A DNA stretch of 64,000 bases from Gordius albopunctatus (Eukaryota): positions 8,308,001 through 8,372,000 of the forward strand of contig OZ193909.1 in assembly GCA_964276515.1 (NCBI GenBank). Direction: 5' to 3'. This document shows, one piece after another, positions 26,606 through 35,681 of this stretch. Both the position numbers and the translations under genes were made by a program. Each line of letters begins with the position of its first letter. The stretch's first letter is position 1. Below the pieces are notes generated by a model. That model had not been told where the DNA came from, did no database searches, and worked only from the letters and a program-made list of their open reading frames with translations.

Positions 26606-27175
26606 CACTAGTCAACAAATAATGGTCTTGTGTAAATAACCGGGAAACGGTCAACATATTCCGATAGAGTTTTTTGTGGTTAACACAAATATGTTTTTCG
26701 CTTTTTTCCTATACGTCGAGTTTTTTTTAGATATTTCGATTCAAAGTTGCGAAAATGACCGTTTTTGGCCCTTTTCGGTGCTCAATAGAGCGATATTGAA
26801 TGGCTAAAAAATTTTTAAACCTCTAAGTGGTAGAACCAACTTAGGGTAAAACATTGAAAAATGATTTTTTCTCCTATTGTTTTTACTTTTTAATATATAT
26901 CAAAAATGCAATTAGTCCCTATGCAAAATCGCGGCTTCCTTTGAGTCTCCCTTCCTCTCTATCTAATTGGCTTATATGCTTATATAACACTATACCCTTA
27001 GTGCATATAAGTGATTAATGAGTGTGGTGGGTGTAAGAGTAGTGGCGTAATACGAACTATTCCTACTACTACGCCTGTCATCCTCCCCCTCTACTAGAGG
27101 AATAGCTCGTATTACGCCACTACTCTTACACACCCACACCCCATATCATCCATCAATCACTCACATGCACCAAGT
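26606..27175. mobile_element. One-armed relative of the 15075-15887 foldback element
   Basis: Starts TAA|CACTAGTCAACAAATAATGG, colinear with the 15-kb element arm; central palindrome at 27002-27170. Confidence 0.7.
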
Positions 27176-27295
27176 TGCGGCCCCCATTTTTGTCATAATA
27201 ATAATATATATTTGTTAAATTATCTGTCGAGGGGGTTGCAGCCATTACATGCTTGAAAGCATTATTAGGGCTTAATATACAAGTAATATTTGCGC

Positions 27296-27473
27296 CAGAG
27301 GTCAGATTTGTTGGGAATTTTCTGCCCGAACCCGGCCCGATTCAATTTTTTAACTTCGTTGCCCGCCCGGGCCCGCCCGAACCCATCTAAGTGTCCGCCC
27401 GGGCGGGCAACGAAGTTAAAAAATTGAATCGGGCCTGGTTCGGGCAGAAAATTCCCAACAAATCTGACCTCTG
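27296..27473. mobile_element. Palindromic MITE (178 bp, ~77-bp arms)
   Basis: CAGAGGTCAGATTTGTTGGGAATTTT... and its reverse complement; no clean TSD. Confidence 0.8.
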
Positions 27474-27819
27474 ATTCTCTCCCCTTCCCACCTTTCTCGC
27501 CCATAAATTGCATAGCAAATATGCTACTTTTATATAGAGTATAGAAGAGTTACCCCTTTCCTTCCCATACTCCCATTGCCCCCTTCCCCTTACCACGAGG
27601 CCCGAGTTTTATTTACTAATAATATATCGTTAGTCAAGATTTAACGATAAAAAGACTAAGAAATTATCAATAAAAAACATTAATTAAATTAAGTAACTTT
27701 AGTTTTAGCGCCACCTATACTTCGTTGAATATTATAATAGACATTCATATATTTTTTATCTAATTAATAGAAGATTGTAAATAATCACAGAATAAAATCT
27801 ATTATTTCCCTAAAAATAA

Positions 27820-28870
27820 AATACCCATGATATTGGTTGCCATCCCAATGAATATTCTTTCAAATAGCTATTTCATCCATAGATACATAGTGCTACATAT
27901 ACAGGTGATTTGGATTTCAAAATAAGATCTTTGATTTTCTCAGTGGAACATTTTAAGAACCCTAAAAAATATTATCAACTCATTATAGAATTTACCAGGA
28001 TTAACATCAAGACAAATGCTCCACCTTCTTAATGATGATTCTAAAGGGAGGCAAATAATATTCCTAAGGTGCCTGTATGCACTTAGTGCAATGTGAGGGC
28101 TAATTGTTTGACTGGTTGGGTAAATTGGACTTTCTTGGGATTGTTAATGCCTCCAGCCTTCATATGAGTATCCATTTTCAAAATAATTTGAAATTATCTT
28201 GTCCTCATCTCCATTGAAAAAATTGCTTTTCTTTAATTCTAATATAAGATCTTTGAGCTTTAAAATCCTATTTCTAAACCTCTTATTGGAGATTCTTCAT
28301 CGTTTAATAGTGCTTTTCAATTTTAGATTTTCAGCAGCTAACTCGCTTTTCCTAAGAAAAGTATTGTCCTTGTCAAGGTTGTTTAGAGAGTTTTTTTCTT
28401 TTTGTGGATAATTGATTTGTTAAATCTTTCAGTGGATTGGCTAAAGAATTTTTAGTCTTCCTTGTAGGTGCAGGTTTCTAAAAAAATTATAATAATTGAT
28501 TTAATAATACTTTTTGAAGATGCTCTGGTAAATTAAAAAGTGTAGGTATTGCACCTTGTCTAAGTTGCTTATATTTATTGGGGGAGGCATAAAATAAATC
28601 AGGAGTAAAATATTTTTGGTTGGAATAAAATCTCTTTTGGCATTATGAAGCCAAGTCATGAGAATTGGTTTGTTCTTCAGGGGAAATGTAATTGTTTAGT
28701 AGATGGGCAAAAAAAAATATATAAAAAATAAAATAAGAATATATAAAAAAGGTTAAATATATATTAAAATGTATGATGGTTTGATATATTTTTAAATTTT
28801 TCCAGCGGAAGGAAAGCTCCTTATTTATAGGTTTTGAGTTGTTGCATCCATAAGCTGCACAATAAGCCAT
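27820..28870 (-). pseudogene. P-element/THAP9-like transposase remnant
   Basis: MAYCAAYGCNNS (THAP N-terminus), KQLRQGAIPTLF (AVPTIF box), SAYRHLRNIICLPLESSLRRW and MDEIAI; short introns; frameshifts. Confidence 0.85.
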
Positions 28871-29001
28871 AATGTTATTTGAGTTATTCCTATTATACTT
28901 AAAATAATTGAACACCTAATATCATGATGTCACTATTTGTAAGTACTTAATTAATTAATAAGCAAGTTTAAATTCATATAATATGATATAGGAATGTAAA
29001 T

Positions 29002-30458
29002 AAAAAACTCGGGCCTTCGGCCCTCGTGGGAAGGGGGAACTCATCTACACTCCGTATAAATGTATCATATTTGCTATGCAATTTATGGGCGAGAAAGGTG
29101 GGAAGGGGTGAGAATGCCTATAGGCGGGGGGGGGGTATTAAATGTAAAATAATTAGTTAATTATTAATACAAATTTTCGATTTAATTAAAAAAAAATTGC
29201 CTTCTCCGGGATTCGAACTCACATTAGTAGAGCCAGCCTTTGTAGCGGCACGGGGAACCATTTAAAAAATGTATATGAAAGAATATTAATGTTGAAAACC
29301 TAAACACTAGCACATGCAAAAAACAATCATGAACAAAATATAACATTTGAGAATAAATAAAAATATTACATTAGTTTTTATGGCCTCTAGTGATTATGGG
29401 TCTAACAAACATTATATTATAAAACACCACAATGTTAAGAATTTGCAGAATTGTTGGGAGAAATTTTTTGTTGAATTTGAACAATTTTTAATTAAAAAAA
29501 TCAAAAATTTGGCCAATGGTCATTTCTTCTGCATTGGTCAGTACCAACAGATACTCTATAAGTCAATGATAGCCAAAAAAACGGAAAAAAAATTTTGATG
29601 CTCACTTTGGCCAATGGTCATTTTTTCCCATTGGTCAGCAGCCAGCACACGGTAAAAGTGGATATAAATTCATAAGAGTAAAAAAAACGGAAAAAAAATT
29701 TTCGAATCACATTTTGGCCAAAGGTCATTTTTTCCATTTGTCAGCAGCCAGGACACGGTAAAAGTGGATATAAATTCATAATAGTCAAAAAAAACGAAAA
29801 AAAAGTTTTCGAATCACATTTTGGCCAATGGTTATTTTATTCCATTGGTCAGCAGCCAGCGGACGGCCAAAAAGTCATAATAGCAATGGTAGGAACAGGA
29901 ACAATCATAATAGTCAAAAAAAACGTAAAAAATAATTTCGATTCACATTTTGGCCAATGGTCATTTTTTTCCATTGGTCAGCAGCCAGGACACGGTAAAA
30001 GTGGATATAAATTCATAACAGTCAAAAAAAACGAAAAAAAAATTTTCGAATCACATTTTGGCCAATGGTCATTTTATTCCATTGGTCAGCAGCCAGCGGA
30101 CGGCCAAAAAGTCATAATAGCAATGGTAGGAATAGGAACAATCATAATAGTCAAAAAAAACGAAAAAAATATTTTCGATTCACATTTTGGCCAATGGTCA
30201 TTTTTTCCATCGGTCAGGAGCCAGCGGACGGCCAAAAAGTCATAATAGCAATGGTAGGAACAGGAACAATCATAATAGTCAAAAAAACCAAAAAATAAAC
30301 TCGGATACACATTTTGGCCAATGGTCATTTTTTTCATTGGTCAGCAGCCAGCGGACGGCCAAAAAGTCTTATTATCAATGATAGTAACAAGAACAATCAT
30401 AAGAGTCAAAAAAACTCCGGGATTCTAACCCAAAAACTAGATAAATTGCATAGCAATT
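29002..30458 (-). mobile_element. HINE copy with internal ~100-125-bp satellite array and captured unique segment
   Basis: Hairpin GGGCC-TTC-GGCCC at 29011-29023; subTIR at 29071-29090; tandem units 29510-30420; partial opposite subTIR at 30441-30456. Confidence 0.8.
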
Positions 30459-30469
30459 ATTAAAAAGTA

Positions 30470-31303
30470 TAGGGTAATTATCAATGTTAACCTATTCAAA
30501 AACGAACAAAAAATTTCGATTTATTTGGCCAATGGTAATTTTTTTCAATGGTCAGTAGCCTGCGGACGGTCAAAAAGTCATATTATCAATGGTGTTAAAA
30601 CAATATATTAATTTAATTTAAAAAAAGCTGGCGCCAATAACTTGGTGGATGGACGACGGACGGACGACGGACAACCAAAAACGAGCCCATAAATTGCATA
30701 GCAATTAAAACAAGGTCCTCTATTCTAGCGTTTACTTTGCATGCAATATATATATATCTAGGGAGAGTTTATTCGTCGTATATTAAATTTGCTAAAAATC
30801 GGAGCTTTAGAGATAAACAAGAACAATATATTAATTTAATTTAAAAAAAAATAAAAATTTTTGTCCTCTCCGGGTCTCGAACCATCAATTTAGAACGTTC
30901 GCCGGGATTCAAACCCACATTAAATAGAGGCATAAGCCTTTGGAGGGGAACAGGGAACCATATAAATAGAGCCATAGGCCCTTGTAGGGGAGGGCATAAG
31001 GTAATTATCAATGTTAAACTATTCAAAAACGAAAAATTAAAAATTTCGATTTATCTGGCCAGTGGTCATTTTTTCATTGGTCAGTAGCCTGCGGACGGTC
31101 AAAAAGTCATATTATCAATGGTATTAACAAGAACAAAATATTAATTTAATTTAAAAAAAAATAAAAAAAAATTTGTCCTCTCCGGGTCTCGAATCCGCAA
31201 CCTCCAGGTCGGGAAGCTGGTGTAAATAACTTGGTGGACGACGGACGGACGGACGGACGGACGACGGACAACCAAAAAGGAGCCCATAAATTGCATAGCA
31301 ATT
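30470..31303 (-). mobile_element. Two further stacked HINE 5' portions
   Basis: Each ends in (GGAC)n...GCCCATAAATTGCATAGCAATT (to ~30706 and ~31303). Confidence 0.75.
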
Positions 31304-31621
31304 AATAATCAAATATATACACAAAACATATAATTTACCTATGTCTTTTCCAAATGTTTACTTATTTAAATGGCGGATTATTGGGTACACAATTTTCAAA
31401 TGAATGCCACTTCGATGAGCAGTCTATCTAGTCTAAGCCTCCGTGTCCAGTACTTTTCGATTTACGTCATCCGTATCCCTTCTTAGTATATGCCCATACC
31501 ACCTTGGCCGATTTTCGTTAATCATGTCGGCCATAGGTTGAATACCCATTTTTGTCATGAGAAAGTCATTCGTCATATGGCCGAGCTTAGTATACCCCAA
31601 GCTCCACCGTATCATTCTCAA

Positions 31622-31873
31622 TAGTGATGATAAAAATTTATTCTTAAATTTATCGCATAAAACAAGAGATTTTTATCAGGTTAACCTGAGGTCAACCTGG
31701 GTTTCAGGTTGGGGATAAAATTGACCTGAAGGTTTTTCAGGTTGATTTTCGGGATCAACCTCAGTTTAAGGTTCGGGTGTTGAAAAACCTGGTAAGGTTT
31801 TTCAACACCCGAACCTAAAACCGACCTGAGGTTGGACCTCGGGGAAACCTGACCTAGGTTTTGATCATCACTA
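31622..31873. mobile_element. hAT-type MITE with AACCTGAGGTT/AACCT repeats
   Basis: TIR TAGTGATGAT; TSD ATTCTCAA/ATTCTCAT (7/8); empty site seen at 6358-6375. Confidence 0.9.
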
Positions 31874-32230
31874 ATTCTCATCTCTGTAGCTTGTAATAGC
31901 TTTAATTCCGTGATGTTTAATGCCCATGTTTCACTTCCATAGAGTAACACCGGTCTTACGATGGATTTGTAAGCTTTGCTCTTCAACCATATTGGCATTT
32001 TTTTGTCACACATTACACCGGATATACTTCGCCATTTAAGCCATCCTTTTTGGATCCCTGCATTGACTTCTGTTGTGTAACCTCCCTCTTGAGGTAGCAT
32101 CGAGCTGAAGTATGTGAACCTGTCTACTTTTGGGTACTTTAGATGGTCATCCAGCGATGGGGTGCCTGTACCGTTCATTTCCATGTATACCGTTTTTCTA
32201 TCGTTGACCTTTAAACCATATCCAGCTAAG

Positions 32231-32433
32231 TAGAGTTGTTATATTGCTAACTTTCTTCAACTTCAGCTCCCATCTGCTCGAATTTCTGCTCGCCCCTCGA
32301 GCATTTTTATATGCTACTGCTCTACCTAGTACACCGAACAGCGAGCAGATATTGTGCTAACGCGCATATTAAGCCATTCAGTGAGCGTGCTCTCGTCTGA
32401 AGTTTGAAGAAAGTTAGCATTTTAACAACTCTA
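32231..32433. mobile_element. hAT-type MITE, inverted copy of the 10723 family
   Basis: TIR TAGAGTTGTT; perfect TSD CAGCTAAG; empty site seen at 9335-9342. Confidence 0.95.
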
Positions 32434-34033
32434 CAGCTAAGCGCTTTGACCATTACTTTCTCCCTTGTGAAACTATTATTCCTATATACATGAATTTTAG
32501 AATTTTAAAGTTGTTTTGAATGTAAAATCTTAAACGCTTCTCCAGATAAATAAGACCTTTCATTAACAACTTACTTTGATATAATTTTGAATAATATCAA
32601 ACAAAAAGACGTCCAAAGCATAAATTTATGAAACGACAAAATAACGGTCTACATTAAAATCGTTTGCTTAAAAAAGGATTTTGTAGAGTTCATTGAGACA
32701 TTGCATTTTTCTAATCTAATCTAGAAGAGCGAGAGCTTGGGTGCCTAGGTTGCCGATCGTTATTGCCACTCCGGGCAAAATTTAATAATCGGGTTGGGTC
32801 TCATGGGGCAGCACGAGCCCTCCCCGTTTCAAACCTATGCACATTAACCATTTATAAAATATGATCTAATAAGCGCAACTCGATTTAAATAAATATCTTC
32901 GTACAGCATGCATAATTAAGATTTTAAACGTAAGCCCCTACCCCCATTTCTAACAATTCTTTTTTCCAAAAAACATAACTAATTAGTTACTTTACCGCAG
33001 GGGACTGTAGTTGGTTACATTCATTTAGTAACCATGGGCGTAGCCAGGTTTTGGATTGGGGGCGGGGGCGATAATGTTTTGAGTTAAATTAGTGGGGGGG
33101 GGGGGCAATACATAATTTTTTTTTAATTTTTAAAGCTTTCTGTATTGAAAATTTATTTTTTAGGGAGGGGGGGGCCGACCCCTAGTAAATGTTCAATAAA
33201 GTTACACGTTCTTTAAATTTATAAAATCATTAACCAATTTGAATATTCTAGTAAAAAAGGTATATTTTTTAAGGCCCGAGCCCGGAAGTTGAAAATGGGA
33301 AAAAATCAGACCAGGTGTAAGGTTATCATATTCACATATTGTCAGATTCAATTGTCAATCTGACTTTGATTGACATTTAAGAAGATTTATGTCGTGATTG
33401 ACAGCCATTTATGAATTTGAAAACAAATTAAATAGTTTTTTATTGGCTTAAATTAAAATTGAATGACATGTATCTATATTGATAGCTATTTTTTTGGCTT
33501 TAATAATTTTTTAATTTTATAATAGTTGTAAAAATCATTTATATTATATTTTTTGAGCCCTATCTTTTATAATAAGTAATTTTTATTGCGAATTCGGTAT
33601 AAATCCTATAATTCTGTAATAATCTTTTATAATATCTGTCCCGAGTAAATTCTTAATTTTTTTAAACAAATTATCTCAATCAACATCTAAAATAAACAAG
33701 GAATGTGCTAATACATGTCAGAAACTTACATTAGTTCCTTGTATATAGAGATTGCGGGTATACTACTAGAGAAGAGTATAAGAAAATACCACTAATTAGT
33801 ACTCAATTTAAATGATAATTTTATAATGCGTTTTGATCATTTTCGCCTTTCGGGCGTATGACTTAATTCTTCCTTATCCTTATATTTATATATATTATAC
33901 AATAATACTAGAATGGTATGACAATTTATTAACATTATATAAAAACAAATAAAATACAATATATATTTCGATTTTCAGGAAAGAATAAGGCATTAAGATT
34001 TGGTATATGTATATTCAAACTTAATGCCTGTCC

Positions 34034-34759
34034 TATAATAAATCTACGGATAATCCCGTGTTCTTCTTGATCTCCATAAATAACTTGACTGATACAACGA
34101 TAAAAACAGTTTCCATCTCCTTCTATGTTTAATATTTCAAAACCTGGTAAAAGCTGTTTTTTATCGACGCACTCGACGGATCCTTAATAGTGATTTTCCC
34201 AAGCCTAAAAACAAATATCCATACCTATTTTACCCCAAGGCATCATTGGCACCTCCACGGGATGTAAAATAGGTGTGGCTTTGTCCATCAAGGACAAAAT
34301 TTTTGGCATGTCTCACAAGATGCTACATAATGATTTATATCTGAAGACATATTGAGCCACCAATACCTAATAACAGATATATATATTGATTAAAAATTTG
34401 CTGTACTTTTCAGATATTTTATTCCTAGTTTTATTAATCCCCATGTAACCCCCTAGATTTGTAACCTCAATAGAGTCTGTTGGGCCATTGTGAGAATTTT
34501 TCAATACCATTTTTTTTCCTCTTCATGTAGTAATACTCTCAAACATATTTCTAGAATATATTGTAAAACAATAATGTAATATAAATACTTGTAGGTTCTC
34601 CACACTTTTTATTGACCTATTGTAATAAAGCAAATTTTTATCCAAGAAAAAATCTTTGGATTTTCTTTTTAAATAATATTTTTGCTGGATATCTAATTTA
34701 TCAGATATGATATTATGTGCAAGGTATTGATAAATGTCATCTGCAGAAAGACTAGGCAT
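34034..34759 (-). pseudogene. Integrase Zn-binding domain plus start of core, followed by OTU cysteine protease domain
   Basis: SHNG..GGYMGINKT..YWWLNMSSDINHYVASCETCQK; ILHPVEVPMMPWGKIGMDI; then GFEILNIEGDGNCFYRCISQVIYGDQEEHGIIR (OTU GDGNC motif) at 34034-34144. Confidence 0.8.
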
Positions 34760-35681
34760 AATTGAATAAGAATATTATAAAAGAAATTGTAACTAACAAT
34801 AACTTTTTATTACTTAATTAGGTGATGTTATTTTATTTGTAAAAAGTGATAAATTCTGTATGTTCCAGTCCAATATAATAATCTGAATTTATATGTGTAT
34901 AATAGAAATAAACAAACTATGGTTACCTAGGCAATTTGAATAAAGCAACTCGAACATCGGTTACCTAGGAAAAAACTTAACCTTTATTATTCAAGCATTC
35001 ACAACTCTCACTATTCATAAATCTTAACCTTGTATTTGACCACTCATTATAATTTAAATCTCTCGTTAAAGTATACTAGATGTATATAAACACAATATGT
35101 TAAATAAAAGAATTCATTCTCTTGAATCATTTGGGTTATATTAAAAGTAGAAACTTATTTCTCTACAAAACACAAGTATATAAATCTTTTATAAAAGAAA
35201 TTGTAACTAACAATAACTTTTTATTACTTAAGTGATGTTATTTTATTTGTAAAAAGTAATAAATTCTGTATGTTCCAGTCAAGCGCGTAGGGAAGGGGGG
35301 GGGGGGGGGGGGTTTCGGGTTTGAACCCCCCCCCCCCTCCTCCTGGATATTATTTTTTTTCAAAACACAACACAAAATTATTGATAATCATAATTATAAT
35401 TAATTTAGCTAGTGTCAAGTGCTGCGTTTATATATATATGTTAAAAAATTAAGTCGACAAGTTAATAAATTTTGAATTTCGGAATTTGTATTTTTGATTA
35501 AAAGCTTCCAAACTGATCTTATTTGTAAATTTAAGTTCCGCACCTTATTATGAAGCGATATTCCATTTATACATACTTCCCTAAAAAGAGTAACATTTGC
35601 ATTTCTGAGGAGAAAGATACAAATAGTCATAGTGCTAATTCTGAAGTAGAGGAGGAACAAACACTAACAATTGGTAAGTAA

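Larger units (their letters stand above)
26328..27611 (+). mobile_element. HINE (Helentron/DINE-1-like) copy with nested insertions
   Basis: Perfect 20-bp subTIR TTGCTATGCAATTTATGGGC (26330-26349) / GCCCATAAATTGCATAGCAA (27499-27518); GTCC microsatellite; 3' tail ending CCCGAGTTTT. Confidence 0.8.
31430..32455 (-). mobile_element. RTE LINE 3' portion with two nested MITEs
   Basis: GWLKWRSISGVMCDKK, IVRPVLLYGSETW and RWYGHILRR; overlaps in sequence with 9316-9356 (same family). Confidence 0.9.

Noticed and set aside
29886..30381. Overlapping ORFs with repeated peptides
   Set aside because: They are translations of the HINE satellite, as are the ORFs at 1223-1762, 3169-3642 and 44699-44983.
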